The notes beneath the pieces were generated by a model, which was given only the letters and a program-made list of their open reading frames with translations, was not told the DNA's origin and searched no databases. A stretch of DNA of 64,000 nucleotides from a virus: IMG/VR virus record IMGVR_UViG_3300035698_022838, positions 1 to 64,000 of that record; one strand, given 5' to 3'. Both the position numbers and the translations under genes were made by a program. Numbering within the stretch: the stretch's first letter is position 1; every line of letters starts with the position of its first letter. Shown piece by piece: positions 9,560-18,455 of the stretch.

Positions 9560-10050
9560 GCTATTATTTTTTCTAATTCTACCCAAGCAATAGATATTTC
9601 TCTTTTCTTGTGTTCTGGATTTGTAATCTCCTTACGAAAAGTAGCATATTCCTTAGTGTACATTTTAAATTTATCTTTGTTATAAGATTTTGAATGTGTC
9701 ATATTACCAATTCTATCACAAATCTTTACAACAACTGCTTTCCAGTTATTTCTTATTTTTGGTAAGGTTTTTCCCTTTCTTTCTTTTCTGTTTCTTCCAA
9801 GTTCGTCGGTAACCGCATATACAATTTCAGCAATTTCTTCATTGAAAGCTTTTTTGATATCATTATAAGTAATGTCAGTATCCTCTATGGTATCATGAAG
9901 AATACAAGCAATAATAATGATTTCATCAAAACCAAGGGATTCAGCAATACCAGCAACCATTCTGATATGAAACATATACGTATAAATGTCATAAGACTGG
10001 TTTCTGTGTGCCTTTTCGGCGATCATGTATGCTCTTTCTATATTTGTCAT
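9556..10050 (-). CDS. HD-domain (p)ppGpp hydrolase-like protein (SpoT/MESH1-type small alarmone hydrolase)
   Basis: 'A..AH..Q.Y...Y..H...VA', 'ILHDTIEDT', 'VTDE', 'VKICDRIGN'. Confidence 0.85.
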   Translation of the reverse strand: MTNIERAYMIAEKAHRNQSYDIYTYMFHIRMVAGIAESLGFDEIIIIACILHDTIEDTDITYNDIKKAFNEEIAEIVYAVTDELGRNRKERKGKTLPKIRNNWKAVVVKICDRIGNMTHSKSYNKDKFKMYTKEYATFRKEITNPEHKKREISIAWVELEKIIA

Positions 10051-10086
10051 ATCGCAAAGTAGATATTTTTTACGTAATAAAAAAAT

Positions 10087-10944
10087 TTATAATTCACTAA
10101 GTAAAATCATTTCTTCATCCCAAGCACCTAATATTTGCCAATAGAATCCAAATGGACTTTGTACAAGTAAAATAGGATCTCTTTTCTCATCAGCTTTCTT
10201 GAACTCTTCCTTTTCTGCAATAACATAAAAAACTGGCTTTTTATCACATACCTTTTTCATTACTCTTGTGTAATCCTTCATTATCTTAATAGCTTCATCA
10301 GGGAATTCAGGAACAAAAAGATCAGATATTTCCATTGTTAAATTTTCATACTTATCGATCAAAACTTTGATTTTCTCATCAGTAGTATTTTGAAATCCAT
10401 GGAAGAATTTATTATGTTCAGCATATTTTTTCCTGTTTTCAAGTCTTTCTATGAGTGCTACAACCTCGCGTCTAGAGTATTTTTGTACAATTAATTCCTT
10501 TTTCTGTCTTAATATCGCAATTTTATCATCAAGATTAATTAGATTCCATGGGGTTGGGATAGTTTCCAATTCATGTAAAACATCCTTTGGTTTAACAGAA
10601 ATCTTAACTGGAACCTCTGTTACCTCACCAATACCTTCAACTACAGAATTACCATTCTCATCAGTTATAGGCGATACATTTCTTATAATATTACCATCAG
10701 CACCAACAAAGGATGGACTTATAAAAGTTCTGCCATTGGTTCTAGAATAACCTGAGCCATAATTCTTAAAGTCAAAAAGGAAATTATCATTTAAACCATC
10801 TTCCTCATCTAATGCTTCTGTAGCATATTCATTATATTTGGAAGCTTCTTTTAATATACTTAGATCTTCAATTTTAAATCCAGTAAGCGAAGAAAAGAAT
10901 TTTCTCTTAAGTTTGGTGATCGCACTAATTTTTTTCTCTTTCAT
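10087..10944 (-). CDS. Hypothetical protein
   Basis: 285 aa, C-terminal 'DPILLVQSPFGFYWQILGAWD'. Confidence 0.7.
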   Translation of the reverse strand: MKEKKISAITKLKRKFFSSLTGFKIEDLSILKEASKYNEYATEALDEEDGLNDNFLFDFKNYGSGYSRTNGRTFISPSFVGADGNIIRNVSPITDENGNSVVEGIGEVTEVPVKISVKPKDVLHELETIPTPWNLINLDDKIAILRQKKELIVQKYSRREVVALIERLENRKKYAEHNKFFHGFQNTTDEKIKVLIDKYENLTMEISDLFVPEFPDEAIKIMKDYTRVMKKVCDKKPVFYVIAEKEEFKKADEKRDPILLVQSPFGFYWQILGAWDEEMILLSEL

Positions 10945-10957
10945 ATTTTATAATCTT

Positions 10958-11341
10958 CTAAATGCATAACAACTGTTTTGGCCCTTCGGGCTCATCTTTA
11001 AAGATCCTTAATATCGTTCCCTGTCCATTAACCCAATTAAAGATATGGTTTCTGTATGTTACCGAACCAGTCCCAAATTTGACATCAAATTCATCCAATG
11101 CATCAGTATAAGGTTCACCATAATGATCGGCAACATCAAATAGTAATGATGCAGGTAATGGTGATTTATCACTAAGTTTATTGATATGTAAATCGAATTC
11201 CTCGTTACTTAGTTTTTCAATTTTTTCATGTTCAGATTTAGCCTTTTCGATTTTTCGATCCAAGCCTTTACTCATTTCCATTAAAAATTCTTTACCTCTC
11301 TCCGATTCAGCCCAAGCTGAAAAATCTCCCGTAATCCCCAT
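10958..11341 (-). CDS. Hypothetical protein
   Basis: 127-aa ORF in operon. Confidence 0.6.
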   Translation of the reverse strand: MGITGDFSAWAESERGKEFLMEMSKGLDRKIEKAKSEHEKIEKLSNEEFDLHINKLSDKSPLPASLLFDVADHYGEPYTDALDEFDVKFGTGSVTYRNHIFNWVNGQGTILRIFKDEPEGPKQLLCI

Positions 11342-11369
11342 AACTTAAAGATTTAATGGTGTTAATATA

Positions 11370-11747
11370 CTATTTACTTTCGAATCTTGAATTGTTCTGT
11401 GTCTCATATGATTTTTTCCTTTTTTTGTTAATTCGATATTCGGAATACACAGTTCTATCTGAAGTATATGACCAGATAATACAACTTTCAATCTCGCTTA
11501 ATATACACCAAAATTCTCCATTTGGTAATACAATAATGACGGGTTTAATTTGATTGTATAAAGTATCTTCTGTCCATACTTTAACTATACCAGGAGTGGC
11601 ATAATTTGACATATCCAAATATAATGTGTCCTTTTGGATTGTATGAAAAGCAAATTCTGAGGTTTGCTTATATACGTTATTTTCTTGTGCTAAAGCTAAT
11701 ATTGGTATAAATAATAGCAAGGTAAAAAACAGCTTTTTCATATTCAT
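11370..11747 (-). CDS. Secreted/periplasmic hypothetical protein
   Basis: Sec signal 'MKKLFFTLLLFIPILALA-Q'; Gln at +1 is common in Bacteroidota signal peptides; directly downstream of an early-type promoter. Confidence 0.65.
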   Translation of the reverse strand: MNMKKLFFTLLLFIPILALAQENNVYKQTSEFAFHTIQKDTLYLDMSNYATPGIVKVWTEDTLYNQIKPVIIVLPNGEFWCILSEIESCIIWSYTSDRTVYSEYRINKKRKKSYETQNNSRFESK

Positions 11748-11762
11748 TTTTGTTTAATTTCA

Positions 11763-11794
11763 CAAATATAATCATTCCTTTCGTAATAAAAAAA
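11763..11794 (-). promoter_or_regulatory. Early-type promoter: TTTTTTATTACG-N11-TAnnTTTG (Bacteroidota primary-sigma -7 box); representative copy
   Basis: Other copies at 10054-10085, 12880-12912, 15713-15744 and 27832-27862 (variant), all intergenic and upstream of minus-strand starts. Confidence 0.75.
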
Positions 11795-12295
11795 TTAAGC
11801 CATTCTAAATTGGCTTAAAAATTTTCTTATCTCAACAATACGATCTGCTTCATCCTCGTCATCAGAGAATTTCATTTTCCATTCATAAAATTGAGATCCG
11901 TAATGAGTATCATAATGCTCGTCATATTTAAAATTTGGATATTCACCTTTGTGATCCCAAACTCTTTCATCAACCAAAAACGTAATTGCAGTTAATTGGT
12001 CACCAAGATCTGGTTCATAAAAATGTGAATGTTTAACCTCCATATCATCCAATGTAATACTATGTTGGTTTAGAGTACCGAATGGAATTCCCTCCTCAGT
12101 AATTCTCATATTCGTGGTTCCACCATTGAGAGCCATAACGGTCATATCTTTAGTTGCCCATTGTTTATAATCTTCATCCTCACCAAACTCGATTTGATAT
12201 GCATTGTGTATACCATGACCAAATTGGATCATTTTTTGCTCACCTGAAAGACTATATGGTACTAGCCCATACATTCTATAAACTCTTTTTTTCAT
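11795..12295 (-). CDS. Peptidyl-tRNA hydrolase II (Pth2)-like protein
   Basis: 'RMYGLV...LS..QK.IQFGH', 'Y.QWA....T...LNGG', 'F.EPDLGDQLTAI' resemble the PTH2-like phage family. Confidence 0.65.
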   Translation of the reverse strand: MKKRVYRMYGLVPYSLSGEQKMIQFGHGIHNAYQIEFGEDEDYKQWATKDMTVMALNGGTTNMRITEEGIPFGTLNQHSITLDDMEVKHSHFYEPDLGDQLTAITFLVDERVWDHKGEYPNFKYDEHYDTHYGSQFYEWKMKFSDDEDEADRIVEIRKFLSQFRMA

Positions 12296-12528
12296 ATAAT
12301 AATTTTTATTAATTCAACAAATCCCCAAATTATCAAACCACCAAGCCATCCAGTTCCGATCATAACTATCGCATAATAAAATACTCCATGTTCATCACCA
12401 GTACCACAATTTGGACAAATTGGTTCACCCTCTTCATTATGATTATAGAAATGATGGATATAATTATCAGCATTACTGGCTTCACCAATAACTCTATGAC
12501 AATTTGGACATTCTAAATTTAGTGACAT
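12292..12528 (-). CDS. Zinc-ribbon membrane protein
   Basis: CPNC...CPNC plus C-terminal TM helix; ATG at 12528. Confidence 0.6.
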   Translation of the reverse strand: MSLNLECPNCHRVIGEASNADNYIHHFYNHNEEGEPICPNCGTGDEHGVFYYAIVMIGTGWLGGLIIWGFVELIKIII

Positions 12529-12529
12529 A

Positions 12530-12856
12530 TTATTCTTTATAGTTTTTACATTTTGGGTGTATGCATTCTCCTTTTCTATTCGCACTACTTCCACAAATTT
12601 TACACCAACGGGTCATTCCTTCATGTGTCCAAACATCGTGGGGGAATTCAGGTTCGTTGATTTCTGGTTCTATAACATCTTCTTGGATTCCTAATTCTTT
12701 TTTAAGTCTGCTTTTATGACTCTCAAAGACTTCCTTATCCGAGGTAGTACAAAAAGCAGGTCTATCGCTCTGTAAATGTTCTTCATTCTCATAAATATAG
12801 AACGTTGTCTGAGCAATGAATATTTTATCCCCTATTTGTTCTCTGCTATCAATCAT
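12530..12856 (-). CDS. Hypothetical protein with C-terminal Cys cluster
   Basis: 108 aa; CKIC...C....C. Confidence 0.6.
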   Translation of the reverse strand: MIDSREQIGDKIFIAQTTFYIYENEEHLQSDRPAFCTTSDKEVFESHKSRLKKELGIQEDVIEPEINEPEFPHDVWTHEGMTRWCKICGSSANRKGECIHPKCKNYKE

Positions 12857-12912
12857 TTCATTAGAAAATTTATTTTAAACAAAAGTATGAATAATACTCG
12901 TAATAAAAAAAA

Positions 12913-13320
12913 TTATAGTATTACTTCAAAACGCTCACGCATTTTATCGATAGTTTCTTCTGGTACAGCATGTTCATTTTCCCCACCATGACGGTTTTCA
13001 ACGACTAATGAATATACTCTATAACCATACTTCTCAGCTAATTCAAGGTATGGTTTGATTTCCCACTCCTGTGTAGATGTATTAGATACAGCTATTCTTT
13101 CGAACATAGGATTATCTTTTGATCCAATCATACTAGCTTCAACACTTTCTTTACACCACGCGTGTGATTTCTTTATATTTTCAGCCTTCCAGTTATAAAC
13201 TCCATTCGCATCTACGTGATACATGTCTGCCTCAAAATGCAAAGCGTTTAATGACTTGGCAACTGTACTTTTTCCAGACCCAGGAAGGCCACGTAAAATC
13301 CACAATTCTTTTTTATTCAT
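12913..13320 (-). CDS. P-loop kinase (AAA_33, polynucleotide kinase-like)
   Basis: 'ILRGLPGSGKST.A', 'FEAD.Y', 'AVSNT', 'NEHAVPEETIDKMRERFE'. Confidence 0.85.
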   Translation of the reverse strand: MNKKELWILRGLPGSGKSTVAKSLNALHFEADMYHVDANGVYNWKAENIKKSHAWCKESVEASMIGSKDNPMFERIAVSNTSTQEWEIKPYLELAEKYGYRVYSLVVENRHGGENEHAVPEETIDKMRERFEVIL

Positions 13321-13331
13321 AATTAATATTT

Positions 13332-14228
13332 TTAAAATCCATTACTTTTATACTTATTATTATACTTTATTTCGCATATTTTTGTAAATTTTATCTTATC
13401 TGTATTAAAAAGCTCTGCTATCTCTTGATCTGTTAAGATTCTACAACTAGTTATTTTGTATATCAACCCAGTATTTTTACAAAAACTAATAGCTGCATTC
13501 TTTTTTAATATATTAATTTCAGTATTCCGTAATGCAACTGGTTTTATTTCTAGCATATATTTACTGTTTATGATAAAATCAGCTCTATATGTTCTATCAA
13601 AATTATTGATTTTATAAGGAACTTTATATTTGGCTATTTCTGCATTCTCCCATTTAAGCTTGAATCGTTCAATTATATTAATCATATAGGAAAGTTCTAA
13701 TATACTTCTAAAGAACCAACCATTATACCAACCAGACCATCCATTACCAGAACCTTTTGGAGATGTTTTACCAAACATAGGATTATTATTACCCTTAGAT
13801 AATTTTGATTGTTTTTCTTTAAATCCTATTAATTTTAAATTAGCTATATCTTCTCCATATTTTTCAACCCAGCATTCATGCATGCTACGATTATACATTG
13901 GATTATTTTTACCTATGGTTACATTACTTATCTTCTTTCTGAATTCATCGGTTTTAGTATATGATCGATCTACATTCTTAAAAATATCTATTGTTTCAGC
14001 AGAGTGTTTTTTACCATAGAACGGGTTTTCTTCCCCTGTTTTTCCATGCATAGGATTGTTTTTACCACTAAACCTCTCTTTCTTTTTTATTCTTTCTTCT
14101 TCAGTAATTCCAGATTTAACTGCACAACTTTTACAAAAACTATTTTTTTCTTCTGCATTTTTAAGATTGTATTTATTTGCATATATAATTTCTTTATTAC
14201 ATTTAGGACAATTTCTTTTGTATATCAT
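13332..14228 (-). mobile_element. Free-standing homing endonuclease: Zn ribbon, NUMOD3 repeats, C-terminal PD-(D/E)xK (TnsA-like) nuclease
   Basis: CPKC..CKSC; repeated 'GKNNPM.GK', 'FYGKKHS.ET'; 'FRS.LE', 'RTYRADFII...LEIKP'. Confidence 0.8.
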
Positions 14229-14297
14229 AGCATAAAATATTTTATTTATATATCCACACTATCTGACAATTCCCTTAGTAAATAGAATTTAACCACC

Positions 14298-14324
14298 AAA
14301 AATTCCCGAAATTATTCGGGAATT
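14298..14324 (-). terminator. Intrinsic terminator
   Basis: AATTCCCGAA-atta-TTCGGGAATT with U-tract on the minus strand. Confidence 0.75.
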
Positions 14325-14327
14325 AAA

Positions 14328-14513
14328 TTATAATTGTTTTGGTCTTTTAAAGACTAATTTACAATAGAGCTCTTTGGTATATTTGGGCTCTGTGGGTTCA
14401 AACATCTTAACTAATTCCCAACCATTTTCATACATCTGTTCCAGTTTGATTTGTAATTCTGGTACATCATTAAGTTTGGAATCGAATTTGCAGGAGGTTA
14501 CCTTAAACTCCAT
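14328..14513 (-). CDS. DUF4177-like small protein
   Basis: 'EFKV...L...L......GWELV........LVFKRPK'. Confidence 0.7.
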   Translation of the reverse strand: MEFKVTSCKFDSKLNDVPELQIKLEQMYENGWELVKMFEPTEPKYTKELYCKLVFKRPKQL

Positions 14514-14993
14514 TTACCCCATAGATGCTTCTATATCCCATTGAATTCTATCCAATGGACTTTCGTCACCACCATCATTATTAATTTTCTTCTTAACAAA
14601 ATCAACTAAACCAGGTTCATGCATTGCATTTTGAGCCATTTCATAACCATAATCAGATTCAACTTCACCTTCAGACCATGCCATGCTATCAATCCACTCT
14701 TGATATGATTCATCAGTCCACTGGGGAGAATTGCTAACACTAGTAGTACTAGTTGTTTTTTCATCAGGAACAAATAAATCTGGCCCATCATAATCAATGC
14801 TCTCACGATATTTCCTTAACATATGATCAACATCACTTTTTCCCCAAGATGCTTTTTGGCTAAGTTCTTTTCTTATCTTATCAACTTCTTCTTCAGTTTG
14901 TGCAAGATGCAGTTTCCTGATCAATTGAGCTCCTGGTGTACTTGGATCGTTGAATTCATTTATGAACTCTTCATATAATCTTAAATTTTCCAT
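14514..14993 (-). CDS. Putative internal head protein (CTS-like N-terminus)
   Basis: Starts MENLRLYEEFINE; GATATATA box at 15015-15022. Confidence 0.55.
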   Translation of the reverse strand: MENLRLYEEFINEFNDPSTPGAQLIRKLHLAQTEEEVDKIRKELSQKASWGKSDVDHMLRKYRESIDYDGPDLFVPDEKTTSTTSVSNSPQWTDESYQEWIDSMAWSEGEVESDYGYEMAQNAMHEPGLVDFVKKKINNDGGDESPLDRIQWDIEASMG

Positions 14994-15023
14994 TCTTTGA
15001 TATATTGTTTTTTGTATATATCA

Positions 15024-15707
15024 CTAAAGATTAGCAAGATTCGCCTCATGGTGATCTAAACCTAAACGAATACCTACCCTAGGTCTACCTCTCATATGAC
15101 TTATGATTTCTCTTAGTCTATAAGGATCCAGATTGTTACCATCTAGACCTGCATCCATAGCTTTTCCTGGATGGAACTTACTATGTTCATTCGAATGTAA
15201 ATGACCATGTAAATGGATTACATAATCACCAATACCTGACCAGCTAGCAATAGGACAATGGAATAAAACAAATCTAGTTTTAATATGCTTATCATTTCTT
15301 TTTTCCCCAGGCTTAACTGTGGTCAGAGGTAAGTAATATTGAACTGATGAGAATAGATCCTGCACTCCACCTTTATTTCTAGCAATATGGTGATCATGAT
15401 TTCCTAAAATTAGATGAATATTTTTACAAACAATTCTATCTCTAAATTCTCCTATTGAATCAAATCCACCAAAACTCCAATCACCTAAGTGAAATAGAAT
15501 ATCATCTTGGCCCACCATATTATTAATATTATTAACAATTGTGTTGTTCATATGTTCGACTGAAGAGAAATCCCTTCTTGTACCACCCTCAGTCCACTTG
15601 GTAGTACCACTACATATATTCGGGTGATTATAGTGTGTATCTGATGTAAAGAATACATTTTGCTCGTTATTTAATAATAACTTCATTTCAGGGTTTATCA
15701 TGTTCAT
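15024..15707 (-). CDS. Calcineurin-like metallophosphoesterase
   Basis: 'FTSDTHYNH', 'HLGDW', 'LGNHD', 'HLHGHLH'. Confidence 0.9.
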   Translation of the reverse strand: MNMINPEMKLLLNNEQNVFFTSDTHYNHPNICSGTTKWTEGGTRRDFSSVEHMNNTIVNNINNMVGQDDILFHLGDWSFGGFDSIGEFRDRIVCKNIHLILGNHDHHIARNKGGVQDLFSSVQYYLPLTTVKPGEKRNDKHIKTRFVLFHCPIASWSGIGDYVIHLHGHLHSNEHSKFHPGKAMDAGLDGNNLDPYRLREIISHMRGRPRVGIRLGLDHHEANLANL

Positions 15708-15744
15708 AGTTGCAAATATAGATAATATTTACGTAATAAAAAAA

Positions 15745-16410
15745 TTATTTTTTCTTTGTTATAACCTCATCGATTATACCATATGCTTTTGCTGCTTCAG
15801 CATTTAACCAAAAATCTCTAGTTGCATCTTCTTTTACTTGTTTTGCATCTTTACCACAATATCCACCAAGTAATTCAAAAAGTAATTCGTTATACTTTTC
15901 GAGCTCATCAATATTAACCTTAGCATCTTGTATATTTCCACTAAACCCACCAGAAGCCTGATGTAACATAACACGAGAGAATCTTAATGAATATCTTTTA
16001 CCTTTGGTTCCTGCACCAAGTAATACAGATCCCATAGAAGCTGCCATTCCTGTATTAACTGTAATAATATCAGATTTAATGTAATCCATTACATCAACCA
16101 TTGATAGACCACATTTGATGTATCCACCAGGACTATCAATGTGCATAGTAATATCTTTTTCATCTACTGAATCCAAGAACATCAACTGTGCTTGTACTAT
16201 TGTTGACATCATATCATCAACTGGACCAGATATCCATAAAAGTCTATCCATCATCAACCTTGAGAATATATCCATTTGAGTAACTCTCATTTCCCTTTCT
16301 TCCAAGATATATGGAGTCATTGAATCTTCAATATGTTGGTTGTAGCGATGCATTGATAGTGAACTTATATTATGTTCACTTTTTGCGTATTTGTTAAATT
16401 CATTTATCAT
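15745..16410 (-). CDS. clpP: ATP-dependent Clp protease proteolytic subunit
   Basis: 'MDIFSRLMMDR', 'IDSPGG', 'GMAASMGS', 'VMLHQ', 'RDFWL.AE.A..YG.IDEV'; N-terminal 'TPYILEERE' as in Bacteroidota ClpP. Confidence 0.96.
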   Translation of the reverse strand: MINEFNKYAKSEHNISSLSMHRYNQHIEDSMTPYILEEREMRVTQMDIFSRLMMDRLLWISGPVDDMMSTIVQAQLMFLDSVDEKDITMHIDSPGGYIKCGLSMVDVMDYIKSDIITVNTGMAASMGSVLLGAGTKGKRYSLRFSRVMLHQASGGFSGNIQDAKVNIDELEKYNELLFELLGGYCGKDAKQVKEDATRDFWLNAEAAKAYGIIDEVITKKK

Positions 16411-16468
16411 ATTTATTATATGGTATTTTTTATTTTTGATTCGTATTTTTTGGTAAAATTCTCCATTA

Positions 16469-16597
16469 ATTGCCTGACGTTGCCACCTAATACAAACCAG
16501 ATATTATTAAGTATCTGGTTTTAATATGTTTATAGATTAGTAGAGTGACTTAGAATTGCCACCTATTGCCTGAGATTGCCCGATTATATAATTTGCC
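16469..16597. repeat. TTGCC direct repeats in 10-bp phase flanking a hairpin
   Basis: TTGCC at 16470, 16480, 16556, 16566, 16576 (and 16593). Confidence 0.8.
16494..16521. terminator. Hairpin / probable terminator
   Basis: AAACCAGATA-ttattaag-TATCTGGTTT. Confidence 0.55.
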
Positions 16598-16784
16598 AAG
16601 AGATACTTTTCTCTCCCGACATAGCTTTATATTCAGAATACATTCGATGTCTTGCCTTGTCACAATTCTTACATGGTTGTATATAGTGATCTTTTTTGTC
16701 CCACCTATGTCCAACAATCTTACATGGGATACGTTTCATTTTTGTTCCAAATGTAACTGGAAGACCAAATTCATTAAATTTCAT
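16584..16784 (-). CDS. Small Cys/His hypothetical protein
   Basis: 'CKIVGHRW......CKNC' motif. Confidence 0.6.
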   Translation of the reverse strand: MKFNEFGLPVTFGTKMKRIPCKIVGHRWDKKDHYIQPCKNCDKARHRMYSEYKAMSGEKSISWQII

Positions 16785-16788
16785 AAGC

Positions 16789-17115
16789 TTAAATTAAAGA
16801 TCTATTAACTCCTCTATTTGCAACCCCAGAAACTCCAGGGATGCTAGAAAAAACAGTATAAACACTCTTTATAGTGCTATCCCATGGATATGCACTATTC
16901 TCATTAAATCTTTTCATAGGTTTAGCAGAGACTAAACTAACATCACCAAGTCTATTAGCTAACTTGCATCTTATTCTTGCGTTACCGTACTCAGGATGTT
17001 GAAACTCAACATACATAACACCATTTCCATTAGGATTCCATTTAGGTTCGGAAAACTGTGGATTTTCTTCATGTTCGCTAAATAATTCAGTCAAAGTCTC
17101 TATTAAATTTTCCAT
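16789..17115 (-). CDS. Hypothetical protein
   Basis: Coupled to trx stop. Confidence 0.6.
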   Translation of the reverse strand: MENLIETLTELFSEHEENPQFSEPKWNPNGNGVMYVEFQHPEYGNARIRCKLANRLGDVSLVSAKPMKRFNENSAYPWDSTIKSVYTVFSSIPGVSGVANRGVNRSLI

Positions 17116-17417
17116 TATTCTTTTCTATTCTTTTCTATGATTTTAAGCAACTGAGGTTCTGGTATTACACCAGAGATTCGATCAATCTCTTTTTCGTCCT
17201 TCATAAATATCATTGTTGGTATACTACGGATTCCAAATTGCGCTGCTAATTCCTTTGATTCATCAACGTTAACCTTCAAAATTTTCAATTCAGTATCTTT
17301 TTCGTTAATACTATCTAATATTGGTGATAGTGTTTTACATGGGCCACACCAAGGTGCCCAAAAATCAACTATTGTTAAATCTTTATCTATTATTTTTACA
17401 AATTCTAATGCGTCCAT
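17115..17417 (-). CDS. trxA: Thioredoxin
   Basis: 'VDFWAPWCGPCK', 'FGIRSIPT'. Confidence 0.96.
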   Translation of the reverse strand: MDALEFVKIIDKDLTIVDFWAPWCGPCKTLSPILDSINEKDTELKILKVNVDESKELAAQFGIRSIPTMIFMKDEKEIDRISGVIPEPQLLKIIEKNRKE

Positions 17418-17465
17418 AATTTATTATTTTAAATAGTTATAGTATTGATTTACGGATTAATTTCA

Positions 17466-17786
17466 CTATCCAACGATAGTTTGTACCATATCTGGATTTT
17501 TTCTATAAATCAAATGAGGATCTGGTGTCATAACAACTGATATTCCATCAGATAGTGTATGTAAACTAGTAATATATTCTTCAACAGCATCTTTTAAACT
17601 TGTTGATATAGAAAGTTTTGACATAATATCATCAGCTATCTGCCCTATTGACTCTTCAAACTTAGCAGAATCATGAAAATTAAAATATTTTTCATATTTC
17701 TTTACAAAAGCCCTTATCATCGATTGCTGTTCTTCTGATAAAGAAGCTTCGTCTATAAAATCATCAAACTCCAAAAGTATTCTCAT
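17466..17786 (-). CDS. Putative internal head protein (CTS-like N-terminus)
   Basis: Starts MRILLEFDDFIDE; GATATATA at 17791-17798. Confidence 0.55.
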   Translation of the reverse strand: MRILLEFDDFIDEASLSEEQQSMIRAFVKKYEKYFNFHDSAKFEESIGQIADDIMSKLSISTSLKDAVEEYITSLHTLSDGISVVMTPDPHLIYRKNPDMVQTIVG

Positions 17787-17862
17787 ATACTATATATCCG
17801 GAACATTTTAAAAGAAGACAATATAATATTGATATATAGATTTATAAATTTAATATAAAATA

Positions 17863-18252
17863 ATGACAGAAAAACTTAACGAAGAAACATTAGATAATCA
17901 GGTTGAAGATGACTTAGATTACACACCGCAAGAAACTGGAATAGAAGAGGCTACACCAACAGTAGATAACTTTGGAGATCATAACAGTGAAGTCGTGGAA
18001 AGCCCCGAAACAACAGCAACTGATACAACTGCAGAAGTTTCTACTGAAGAAACACCTGCTGAAGCTACAATACCTGCTGAAATAGTATCTGATGAACCAG
18101 AAGGTGTAGAACCCGAAGGTGCATATAGTGATGATGACGAGGATGAAACCCATGTTGCAGATGACGATCATGTTGAGGATACCCATCCACAAGAAGAAAC
18201 CCCATCATCATTTAGAGTAATGGGGTATGAAGATTTTATAAAAAATAGTTAA
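17863..18252 (+). CDS. Highly acidic, probably disordered protein
   Basis: Very E/D/T-rich; GATATATA at 17831; ends 'RVMGYEDFIKNS'. Confidence 0.7.
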   Translation: MTEKLNEETLDNQVEDDLDYTPQETGIEEATPTVDNFGDHNSEVVESPETTATDTTAEVSTEETPAEATIPAEIVSDEPEGVEPEGAYSDDDEDETHVADDDHVEDTHPQEETPSSFRVMGYEDFIKNS

Positions 18253-18261
18253 TTAACTATT

Positions 18262-18444
18262 CTATTTTTTAACACCAGAAGCTCTTCCAAGGTCCTTACG
18301 TATTAATTCACCAACATAATGTGATATAGATACTGGAGGCTCACCTTTGGTAAGAGCTTTTTTTGATATCTTTTTACTTAATTCTCCCAATTCTTCTGTC
18401 GAGAGTAATACCTGAATTTTTTCAGTTTTTCCTTCTTTTCCCAT
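18262..18444 (-). CDS. Ribbon-helix-helix (CopG-like) DNA-binding protein
   Basis: 'KIQVLLS.EE...L......S.SHYV.ELIR..L'. Confidence 0.55.
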   Translation of the reverse strand: MGKEGKTEKIQVLLSTEELGELSKKISKKALTKGEPPVSISHYVGELIRKDLGRASGVKK

Positions 18445-18455
18445 TTTATTATAAT

